From a virus (Duplodnaviria > Caudoviricetes): 29,555 nucleotides of DNA. The stretch spans positions 1 through 29,555 of the IMG/VR virus record IMGVR_UViG_3300025429_000057; one strand, 5' to 3'. Under the pieces are notes generated by a model, which saw nothing but the letters and a program-made list of their open reading frames with translations, was not told where the DNA came from and searched no databases. Shown in pieces: positions 16,736 through 24,385 of this stretch (position 1 is the first letter of the stretch; each line of letters starts with the position of its first letter). The position numbers and the translations under genes were made by a program.

Positions 16736-18169
16736 ATGGCTTTAGTTGTTGCGGATCGAGTCCTAGAGACTGGGACCGTATCTACGGGTACGGGTTCCGT
16801 TAACCTTGCGGGCGCAAATAATGGGTACCAATCTTTTGTTGGTGCTATAGGTAGTGGCAACACTACTTATTACGCTATCTACGATTCAACCTCATACTCG
16901 TGGGAAGTGGGTATTGGTACCGTTACATCGGGTACGCCTAATACTTTATCAAGAACTACAGTACTTTCTTCATCTAATAGTGGATCTTTAGTTAGTTTTA
17001 GTACAAGCGATACACTTACTGTATTCAGTACTTATCCTACAGAACGAGCTATTTATGGTGACGTTAATAAAAACGTAGCAGTTAATAATTTATCACCTGG
17101 ATATACTGCAGTAGCAACAACGGGCGGTACAACTACATTAACTGCAACCGCAACATACTTACAAAATTTTACTGGCACTAATACCCAAACAGTTAAATTA
17201 CCCGATGAGACAACCATTCCTACAGGTACGGCGTATATTATCGACAATGACTCTACGGGTAACATAACAGTTCAAGATAGTGGTGGTAATACATTAGCTA
17301 CAGCAGTTAACGGTGCTGCGGGGTATTTTTATTCAAAATCTAATTCCACTGCTACTGGCAACTGGGCGGGTTATGCCTTTATGCCTAACAATGTCCAATG
17401 GGGTTCTGGTGGTCTGCCTGCGGGTTACGGTGGTACGGGCCAAACTAGTTTAACTGCAAATAATGTAATTCTTGGTAATGGTACTTCAGCAGTTCAATTT
17501 GTAGCCCCTGGTACAAGTGGTAATGTACTTCAGTCTAATGGTACAACTTGGAATTCAGCGGCAGTAGTTACTTCCGCCGTTGCAGGAACAGGTATTTCTG
17601 TATCAGGCTCAACAGGCGCAGTAACTATTACAAATGGTGGAGTTACATCATTAACAGGAACAAGTAACCAAGTTTCTGTATCAGCCTCTACCGGAAGTGT
17701 AACTTTATCTACGCCTCAATCTATTGGAACCGGTTCAAGTGTACAGTTTGGTTCGTTTGGTGTGGGTACTGCGGCATCTGGAACAACAGGCGAGATTCGT
17801 GCAACCAACAACGTAACTGCTTACTATTCTGATGGCAGGCTCAAAGATCGTATTGGAACAATTGAAAATGCTTTGAATAAGGTTAAACAGTTAACTGGTT
17901 TCTTGTATAAAAATAATGATGTTGCCAAATCTTTTGGTTATACTTCAGAAGAAATTCAGGTCGGTCTAGATGCACAAGAAGTTGAAAAAGTTCAGCCAGA
18001 AGTCGTGGCTCCAGCTCCTTTTGATATTGGTCAGAATGAAGATGGAACAGAGTTTAGCAAGTCCGGTGAGAACTATTTGACTGTAAGATATGAGCGCCTG
18101 ATACCCCTTTTGGTTGAGGCTATTAAAGATCTATCAAATGAGCTTGATGAGATAAAGGCAAAACTATGA
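16736..18169 (+). CDS. Tail fibre with a C-terminal intramolecular chaperone (peptidase S74-type auto-cleaving domain)
   Basis: YYSDGRLKD (Ser at 17828), GLDAQEVEKVQPEVV, VRYERLIPLLVEAIKDL plus a terminal coiled coil; T/S/G-rich shaft. Confidence 0.85.
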   Translation: MALVVADRVLETGTVSTGTGSVNLAGANNGYQSFVGAIGSGNTTYYAIYDSTSYSWEVGIGTVTSGTPNTLSRTTVLSSSNSGSLVSFSTSDTLTVFSTYPTERAIYGDVNKNVAVNNLSPGYTAVATTGGTTTLTATATYLQNFTGTNTQTVKLPDETTIPTGTAYIIDNDSTGNITVQDSGGNTLATAVNGAAGYFYSKSNSTATGNWAGYAFMPNNVQWGSGGLPAGYGGTGQTSLTANNVILGNGTSAVQFVAPGTSGNVLQSNGTTWNSAAVVTSAVAGTGISVSGSTGAVTITNGGVTSLTGTSNQVSVSASTGSVTLSTPQSIGTGSSVQFGSFGVGTAASGTTGEIRATNNVTAYYSDGRLKDRIGTIENALNKVKQLTGFLYKNNDVAKSFGYTSEEIQVGLDAQEVEKVQPEVVAPAPFDIGQNEDGTEFSKSGENYLTVRYERLIPLLVEAIKDLSNELDEIKAKL

Positions 18170-18570
18170 TAAACGGCGTTGACTTTGTATATGAATATTC
18201 AGATCTAAACTTGTTTCACACAAGGGTCAAAGTATTGACTGGATTTTATAAAGATTTGGTATTTGAATACGGTGGCTCAATGCTTGCTCAAATAGGCGAT
18301 AAAAATACATTTACTTTTGAGTACATTCTTTACGAAGTGCCTGATAAATTTCATGGTCCATCGCTTAGAAAAGATGATGCATTTAATACTTTTATTGCTT
18401 ATTTAATTGTTGATGTTATTTCTTGTAGAAAATCAGATCCAAATGAATTAGAAAAGTTGCATGAAGCGGCAAGTGCAGAAGGCAAAACAACGCATAGCAT
18501 AGATATAAACGAAAAATACTATCCACCAAAAGTGGCTCAACCTGTGGCTACTGGAGTACAAGGATTTTAA
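18166..18570 (+). CDS. Hypothetical protein (134 aa)
   Basis: ATGA overlap; fills the gap between the two fibre genes. Confidence 0.65.
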   Translation: MINGVDFVYEYSDLNLFHTRVKVLTGFYKDLVFEYGGSMLAQIGDKNTFTFEYILYEVPDKFHGPSLRKDDAFNTFIAYLIVDVISCRKSDPNELEKLHEAASAEGKTTHSIDINEKYYPPKVAQPVATGVQGF

Positions 18571-18571
18571 A

Positions 18572-19582
18572 ATGACACTTAATTCATCAGGTCCAATTAG
18601 TTTAGCAGGTACAACCGCAGGGGTTTCAATTGAGATTGAAAACGGCGGTAATGGCACAACTCAAATTAGTTTAAATGATTCCGCTGTTAGGACTCTTGCG
18701 GGAGTGCCAAGTGGCGCTATTACTATGCCCACAAACTTTTATGGAAAATCAAATACAGTATCAATTAGCTATACATTCACGTCAAATACTTCAAATGCTT
18801 CATTGAACGTAACTTCTATTGGAGGTTATTCAGCAGGAAGATCAATAATAACTATTACTGTTAATAGTGGTGTTTATCTTTGGGCTTCTTCAACATCCAA
18901 CAATGGATTGTCTTTATCTGGTGGAACTTCTGGAGATTCAATAACTCTTGTTAACAATGGTTACATCATGGGTTGTGGCGGAAATGGTGGTACATATTCA
19001 GTGTTGCCAACCAATGGAAGCACGGCGTTATCTTTAGGATATAACACAACTGTTACTAACAATAGTTACATTGGAGGAGGCGGCGGTGGCGGTGCAGGAT
19101 ATGGTCAATCTAACCACTACAATGGCGGCGGTGGCGGCGCAGGGGGTGGTAATGGCGGCAGTAGTAGTTATCCTAGAGCAAGTATTCCAACAGTATCTGG
19201 TGGCTCAGGAGGAGCAATTGGTTCCGTAGGAGGATGCGGTCAATATAGCTGTGGACGTGGTTGCGGTTGTTGTTTTGCAAGAGGAGCAGGTGGCGGTGGA
19301 AGAATATTCCCAGGCTCAGGCGGCACAAGTCCAGGGCAAGGAGGGGGCGCTGGAGGAGCTAGTGGGGCAACTTGTGGGGACCCACAAGCCGCAGGAGGAT
19401 CTTCTAATAATGCGGGAAGTACTGGATATTTTGGCGGTGGCGGTGGCGGTTGGGGTGCTTCAGGAGGTCAGGCACAATATCCAAGCACAAGAAATGGCGG
19501 TTCTGGCGGCAATAGCGTAGCTAAAAATGGTTATTCTTTATCGCAAGGTGGAAGTGGTTCATATTGGGGAGCAGTATCATGA
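18572..19582 (+). CDS. Gly-rich tail-tip adhesin, T-even gp38-like
   Basis: SGPISL...NFYGKS N-terminus; ITVNSGVY, LVNNGYIMGCGGNGG, NNSYIGGGGGGG and many poly-Gly runs separated by variable loops; ends in YWGAVS. Confidence 0.7.
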   Translation: MTLNSSGPISLAGTTAGVSIEIENGGNGTTQISLNDSAVRTLAGVPSGAITMPTNFYGKSNTVSISYTFTSNTSNASLNVTSIGGYSAGRSIITITVNSGVYLWASSTSNNGLSLSGGTSGDSITLVNNGYIMGCGGNGGTYSVLPTNGSTALSLGYNTTVTNNSYIGGGGGGGAGYGQSNHYNGGGGGAGGGNGGSSSYPRASIPTVSGGSGGAIGSVGGCGQYSCGRGCGCCFARGAGGGGRIFPGSGGTSPGQGGGAGGASGATCGDPQAAGGSSNNAGSTGYFGGGGGGWGASGGQAQYPSTRNGGSGGNSVAKNGYSLSQGGSGSYWGAVS

Positions 19583-20037
19583 TTTATTCAGTTCCTAATA
19601 CACAACAAGATGCAACAAGTTTTTTTTGTCCAGACCAAGCAACAATTGATGCGGGTAAAGCCGCAGGTTATGTCGGCATCTTTGTAATTGGTACAGAAGC
19701 AGATGCAAATACTTTATTAAGCCAAAGTGCAAGTTATTGGTTGGAAAAAAATATTTCTTTATTCCATGTTAATAAAGAAGTACAAGATCCTTTACTGCCG
19801 ACTCATGTAGTCTGGAATCTTACCAATTTAGATACAGAACCAGATAATACAGATAATGTATATCAAATATTTCAAGTAATAAATGGCGCATATACAAGAG
19901 CCGTTGGGTTAGATGCGGCTAAACAGACTCTTGCACAAGTCAAGCAAAATTACTTAACGCATTGCGGTTTAAATTCTGTAAATGCTTTAGGTGATACCTG
20001 GCTTGTTTTACAGAAAACTGGAACTCAAACACTATGA
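19579..20037 (+). CDS. Hypothetical protein (152 aa), possible fibre accessory
   Basis: Start moved to ATG 19579 (ATGA overlap, GGAG RBS). Confidence 0.7.
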   Translation: MIYSVPNTQQDATSFFCPDQATIDAGKAAGYVGIFVIGTEADANTLLSQSASYWLEKNISLFHVNKEVQDPLLPTHVVWNLTNLDTEPDNTDNVYQIFQVINGAYTRAVGLDAAKQTLAQVKQNYLTHCGLNSVNALGDTWLVLQKTGTQTL

Positions 20038-20315
20038 CAATTGCTATAGCCCCACACCACCAACTTACCTACGATGGTGCAGTACTTAATATATTCCATG
20101 CCAATAAAGGCGAAGGATTGCCTAAGCATGAGCATACATGGGCGCACGCAACAATGTGCCATGCAGGATCTTGCATCGTTCGCAAAGAAGGTCGCTCATT
20201 GGTAATGAATAAAGAAACTCAGCCAGTAAATTTAGTGGCTAATGAGTGGCATGAGATTGAAGCTCTTGAAGACGGGACTGTATTTGTAAACGTATTTGCT
20301 GAAGGTAAATATTAA
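20034..20315 (+). CDS. Cupin-fold protein (93 aa)
   Basis: GEGLPKHEHTWAH..CHAG and ANEWHEIEALEDGTVFVNVF, the two cupin metal-binding motifs. Confidence 0.8.
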   Translation: MTIAIAPHHQLTYDGAVLNIFHANKGEGLPKHEHTWAHATMCHAGSCIVRKEGRSLVMNKETQPVNLVANEWHEIEALEDGTVFVNVFAEGKY

Positions 20316-21151
20316 TGTTTTACGGAGCAACAACATTTGCTCAAACCACCTTTGCGGGAACCGCGGGGAATAATATTTCCTTTGCAATTACAGAAAACTT
20401 AAATCCGGCTGATTCTAGTACTCAAGTTACTGCATATACGCCATCTATAATTGAAAACTTTATATCCGCCGATACTAATGCAGAGGTCGATGTATTCTAT
20501 GAAAGTATAGTTGAAGGAGCTACACTTGCAGATTCCAATGTACCTTCTGCTGGGTATTATTTTACAGACACTGAACCAATAACAAGTGCCGATGTACTTT
20601 CAATGTTTGCTGGATTTGCTGGATCTGTTGCGGAAAACATTAATCCCGCTGAAAACGAAAGCATCGGGTCCTATTTAACTTTTAGTCAAACAGAAAACTT
20701 TGCCCCTGCCGATACGCCAACTATTAACGCGCAATATCCGCTTTCAATTACGGAAAATTCTGGGGTAGCAGAAACAGATTCAATTAAAGCCGGATTTGCT
20801 GAAAATATTGCAGAAGGAATAAATTCTTCGGATACTAATGGTGAGACTGATATTTTCTACGATGGTATAACAGAAAACTTTGGGGCCGCTGCCGTACCTA
20901 CAGCTATTACTGCATATAACGTTAGCCTCACAGAAAACTTTGCCCCTGCTAGTACACCAACAATATCCGCGCAATTTGCAGTAAGTGATACAGAAAATAT
21001 TACTTCCGCGGATTCAAGTACACAAACTTCTAATTATTTAGATAGCATTACAGAAAATACAAGCCTGCAAGATTTGCCTGCAGAATCGTATTGGATTAAA
21101 ATAAATGATAACCAAACTACTACTTGGGTTTTATTAAACAACACCCAATAA
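20315..21151 (+). CDS. Acidic repeat protein (12 x 20 aa), probably virion-associated
   Basis: TAATG overlap; MFYG..FAQTTFAG N-terminus, repeats, and a W..INDNQTTTW C-terminus. Confidence 0.75.
   Translation: MFYGATTFAQTTFAGTAGNNISFAITENLNPADSSTQVTAYTPSIIENFISADTNAEVDVFYESIVEGATLADSNVPSAGYYFTDTEPITSADVLSMFAGFAGSVAENINPAENESIGSYLTFSQTENFAPADTPTINAQYPLSITENSGVAETDSIKAGFAENIAEGINSSDTNGETDIFYDGITENFGAAAVPTAITAYNVSLTENFAPASTPTISAQFAVSDTENITSADSSTQTSNYLDSITENTSLQDLPAESYWIKINDNQTTTWVLLNNTQ
20375..21094 (+). repeat. Twelve degenerate 60-nt coding repeats
   Basis: Exact 20-aa period with an invariant Glu; ACAGAAAACTT recurs at multiples of 60 nt. Confidence 0.85.
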
Positions 21152-21160
21152 GGAACCGCC

Positions 21161-21910
21161 ATGTCAACATCATACTCAACGTCACTTAAATTAGCCCTAC
21201 CTGCTACCGGCGATCAGTCTGGAGTTTGGGGTGTAACTACCAACAATAACATTGGTACTTTAATTGAGCAAGCTATAACTGGTGTGGTTGCTATTAACGT
21301 AAGTAGTTTAGGTGGCTCAAGTTATACATTAACAAACTATAACGGAACGTCTGATGACGCAAGAAACGCGGTTTTAGTAATTACTGGTTCTCCTGGTAGT
21401 GGAGTAACTATCATCGCACCTTTAGTTAATAAACTTTATACGGTAGCTAATTTAACTGGCCAAACAATAACAATGTCCGCAAGTGGCGGATCACAAACTT
21501 TAGCTATCCCTGCAAATAGCAATGTGCCTTGTTTCTGTGATGCCTATAATGCCACCGGATCTGGATCTGGATTCTATGTTCAACTTAATGGTATTGCAGG
21601 AAATTTAAATGTCGGTGGATCTGTTACAGCTACAAACTTTATTGGCCCTGGAACTGGATTAACTGGCACTGCTTCAGCTTTAAGTATTGGTGGAAATGCC
21701 GCTACAGCTAATTCCGCTACATCTGCTACATCTGCTACTTCCGCAACAACAGCAACCAAAATTTCTAATTCGGGTGGTTGGACAGTTCAAGCTGGTAGTA
21801 CACCAACTGTTTTGGAATTCATTTATAACGGTACTGTTGTCGCTTCTCTTGATTCAAGTGGAAACTGGATTTCTCTTGCTAACGTAACTGCTTATGGAAC
21901 TCCCGCTTAA
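21161..21910 (+). CDS. Putative tail fibre/structural protein (249 aa)
   Basis: TAAGGA RBS; ATGDQSGVWG.TTNNN, DARNAVL, GNAATANSATSATSATSATTAT, VASLDSSGN. Confidence 0.7.
   Translation: MSTSYSTSLKLALPATGDQSGVWGVTTNNNIGTLIEQAITGVVAINVSSLGGSSYTLTNYNGTSDDARNAVLVITGSPGSGVTIIAPLVNKLYTVANLTGQTITMSASGGSQTLAIPANSNVPCFCDAYNATGSGSGFYVQLNGIAGNLNVGGSVTATNFIGPGTGLTGTASALSIGGNAATANSATSATSATSATTATKISNSGGWTVQAGSTPTVLEFIYNGTVVASLDSSGNWISLANVTAYGTPA
21701..21757 (+). repeat. 9-nt degenerate repeat encoding (ATS)n
   Basis: gctacatct-like units. Confidence 0.7.
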
Positions 21911-21919
21911 GGATTAGCC

Positions 21920-22630
21920 ATTGAATTTTTACTTCTTTTCCAAGCTGCAAATGCTGCGTTCACTGGCGTCAAAGAGTTATGCGCTATGTATAACGAAGGT
22001 AAAGCGCTTGTTAGAGATGTACAAAAAACAGTTGGTGAAGTAAAACAAATAGGTAAAGAGGTTAAGGGAATTTGGGGGTGGATAACATCTATTTTTGCTG
22101 AACCTGTTGAGGAAAAGAAAACACTGCAGGATATTCATCCAAAGAATCAAAAGAAGGAGAAAATAAAGTTTGATGAGCAAGTTCTTTACGCAGAGATTGG
22201 GGATCAGTTGGTTAGCTTCTTTAGAAACTACAAGGCCTGCTCAGATGCGATACATGAGGAAGAATCGAAGATAGAGCAAATATACGATCCGGATGGCGAA
22301 ACGTATGAAAGGGCAATCAGGCTTGTGATGGCAAAAACCCAACTAGAACAAATGCGTGTAGAACTAACGGAGTATATGATTTATCATGTACCGCCAGAGC
22401 TGAAAGATTTATACTCACGAGTTAATGAGATGATTGGATCTGTAAAGACCAAGCAAGAGATGGCTCGCAAAGCAGAGTTGAAGAAAAAGGCTCAAAGATT
22501 AGCGGAAGCTAGAGAAGCGGCGGATAAAGCTTGGTTGATGGGTGCTTGCACAGTGGTGGTCATTTTTATAGCAATCTATTTGGCAGGACTGATGTGGGCA
22601 ATAAATCGAGCGAGTCATGGGGGTATGTAG
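21920..22630 (+). CDS. Coiled-coil protein with a C-terminal TM helix; probable ATT start
   Basis: The frame is open from 21911. TAAGGA (21908-21913) lies 6 nt before ATT 21920; the track start at ATG 21986 has no comparable RBS. C-terminal WLMGACTVVVIFIAIYLAGLMWAI. Confidence 0.7.
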   Translation: MEFLLLFQAANAAFTGVKELCAMYNEGKALVRDVQKTVGEVKQIGKEVKGIWGWITSIFAEPVEEKKTLQDIHPKNQKKEKIKFDEQVLYAEIGDQLVSFFRNYKACSDAIHEEESKIEQIYDPDGETYERAIRLVMAKTQLEQMRVELTEYMIYHVPPELKDLYSRVNEMIGSVKTKQEMARKAELKKKAQRLAEAREAADKAWLMGACTVVVIFIAIYLAGLMWAINRASHGGM

Positions 22631-22785
22631 TTGCCATTATTGTGTTGGCACTCCTCTTTGTGCTGATATTGCCGGTAATTGGGATTATGTACATGGATAT
22701 TCATCAAGAACGAATTCTGATTGCAAATGATCTTAAACGGATTGAAAAGCTAAAGAAAGAACTTGAGGCTCAGAAGGACAAATGA
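22594..22785 (+). CDS. Single-pass membrane protein (63 aa) with a coiled-coil tail
   Basis: GTG start 5 nt after AGGA; YVVAIIVLALLFVLILPVIGIMYM followed by a charged helix. Confidence 0.7.
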   Translation: MGNKSSESWGYVVAIIVLALLFVLILPVIGIMYMDIHQERILIANDLKRIEKLKKELEAQKDK

Positions 22786-22961
22786 GAATATGCGCTTTAT
22801 TGATTATGTTATTAGCGGGGTGCGAAGATCGTTACCGCTACCATTGCCAAGACCCTAAACATTGGAGTGATGATGACTGCAAACCGCCCCTCTGCGTCGC
22901 CGCGCAAAATTGCCCCGAGTATTTTGCAAAACCTGCTAATGGGAAAACCCAAGACAACTGA
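22782..22961 (+). CDS. Small Cys-rich lipoprotein (59 aa), missing from the ORF track
   Basis: MRICALLIMLLAG-CEDRYRYHCQDPKHWSDDDCKPPLCVAAQNCPEYF...; LAGC lipobox; AAGGA RBS; ATGA overlap. Confidence 0.8.
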   Translation: MRICALLIMLLAGCEDRYRYHCQDPKHWSDDDCKPPLCVAAQNCPEYFAKPANGKTQDN

Positions 22962-23325
22962 ACAGTTAAATTCTGAGACAAATCGTTTTGTTATACGAAT
23001 GTTTAGCATTGCCTTGGTATTTATTGTAATACTTTTTGGTTATAGTATTGTATTTACAGAACAGCCCCTTTTTAACGAAGCCCCTGCCGATAAACAAATT
23101 TTTGCAGTACTTACCCTAGTTGCGGGGCAGTTGCTCCAGATACTGGCTAACTATATTTCCAAAGGGAACACTACACCCCCGCCTTCTTTTAATCATTGCC
23201 CGCCAATCACAACTACAATTAAGCAAGAGGAAAAGCTAATCACCGCGCTGGAGGCTAAGCCTGCAGTTTCTCCTACACCAAAGTCATCACCGTTTGGCAA
23301 CCCTAATGATAGGCCAGCACTATGA
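22939..23325 (+). CDS. Two-TM membrane protein, putative holin
   Basis: Hydrophobic segments MFSIALVFIVILFGYSIVF and IFAVLTLVAGQLLQILA; lies within the lysis cassette; start 22939 chosen to minimise overlap. Confidence 0.55.
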   Translation: MGKPKTTEQLNSETNRFVIRMFSIALVFIVILFGYSIVFTEQPLFNEAPADKQIFAVLTLVAGQLLQILANYISKGNTTPPPSFNHCPPITTTIKQEEKLITALEAKPAVSPTPKSSPFGNPNDRPAL

Positions 23326-23795
23326 AGTACATCATTGCTATTATTCTTTTTTCTAGCTTTGTAGGCGGAGTCTATGAAGCGGGGCATCATCAAGGCTACG
23401 CAGCCGCAGAAGCTGAAGTTCAGGCTAAAGTAGCCAAAGCTAACGAAGCCGCTAGACAAACCGAACAGCAACTCAATGGCAGGATTGCTGACCTATCAAC
23501 TCAACTTCAAAAGGTGCAAGATGATGCTAAAAAACAAATTGCTAAACGGGATGCTGATATTGCTACTGGCAAGTTGCAGCTCTTTGTCAAAACCAAGTCC
23601 ACAGTATGTCCCCCCTCAAATGCCCCCGCTACCAGCGGACCTGACACCGCAACCGCCCAACTTGACCCAGCGTTTGCTCAATCTCTTGTCGCCGTCACAG
23701 ACGACGGGGACCTCGCAATCAGGAAACTTAACGCCTGTATCGCAACCTACAACCAAGTAAAGGAAATGATCAATGGAAGTACAACAACTCGCTGA
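23322..23795 (+). CDS. Rz: Rz-like inner-membrane spanin
   Basis: N-terminal TM, long coiled coil, G.LQL, Pro/Ser linker, D.AIRKLNAC; contains an embedded lipoprotein ORF. Confidence 0.85.
   Translation: MKYIIAIILFSSFVGGVYEAGHHQGYAAAEAEVQAKVAKANEAARQTEQQLNGRIADLSTQLQKVQDDAKKQIAKRDADIATGKLQLFVKTKSTVCPPSNAPATSGPDTATAQLDPAFAQSLVAVTDDGDLAIRKLNACIATYNQVKEMINGSTTTR
23521..23760 (+). CDS. Rz1: Rz1-like outer-membrane spanin lipoprotein embedded in Rz (+1 frame)
   Basis: MMLKNKLLNGMLILLLAS-C lipobox followed by Pro-rich PSPQYVPPQMPPLPADLTPQPP; AAGG RBS at 23511. Confidence 0.82.
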   Translation: MMLKNKLLNGMLILLLASCSSLSKPSPQYVPPQMPPLPADLTPQPPNLTQRLLNLLSPSQTTGTSQSGNLTPVSQPTTK

Positions 23796-24378
23796 AGCAG
23801 CAAAAATAGATGTAGGTCATGCGGAAGCTCTAATTGAGCCAATGAAAATGGCTATTGAGAAAGCCGATCTGTCTACCCCTGCACGACTAGCAGCGTTTAT
23901 TGCTCAGTGCGGTCATGAATCCGGCAACTTCAAGTACATGGAAGAGAACTTAAACTACAAGGCTGAGAGCCTTTGCAGAACATGGCCATCTCACTTTAAC
24001 GAGGAAAATGCTGCTGAATATGCCCACAATCCAGAGAAGATCGCCAACAGAGCCTATGCCCACCGCATGAAAAATGGAGATGAAGAATCAGGAGACGGTT
24101 GGGCTTATCGCGGTCGCGGGTGGCTGCAAACCACTGGTCGCGCAGGGTATGAAGAGCTATCTGATGCAACCCAGATTGATTTTTTAAGCAACCCCGATGC
24201 CGTTGCTACGCCCGAAGGGGCGGCCTTATCCGCAGCCATATTTTGGGAAAAGCATCAGCTTAACCGCCATGTAGATAATAATGACTTTGTGGGCTTAACA
24301 AAAGCCATAAATGGTGGGACAATTGGGCTTGAGGACCGCATGGCTCGATATGAGCATGCCATGTCTGTTTTAGCTTGA
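23773..24378 (+). CDS. Endolysin, glycoside hydrolase family 19
   Basis: RLAAFIAQCGHESG, EENLNY, GDGWAYRGRGWLQTTGR..Y, TKAINGG..GLEDR. Confidence 0.92.
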   Translation: MEVQQLAEAAKIDVGHAEALIEPMKMAIEKADLSTPARLAAFIAQCGHESGNFKYMEENLNYKAESLCRTWPSHFNEENAAEYAHNPEKIANRAYAHRMKNGDEESGDGWAYRGRGWLQTTGRAGYEELSDATQIDFLSNPDAVATPEGAALSAAIFWEKHQLNRHVDNNDFVGLTKAINGGTIGLEDRMARYEHAMSVLA

Positions 24379-24385
24379 GGAATTT

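Noticed and set aside
20375-21094. 60-nt periodic repeats as a CRISPR array
   Set aside because: The repeats are degenerate, in frame, and conserved at protein level; no cas genes are present.
16736-21910. Diversity-generating retroelement or invertible cassette acting on the fibre genes
   Set aside because: No reverse transcriptase, recombinase, template/variable repeat pair or flanking inverted repeats were seen in the window.
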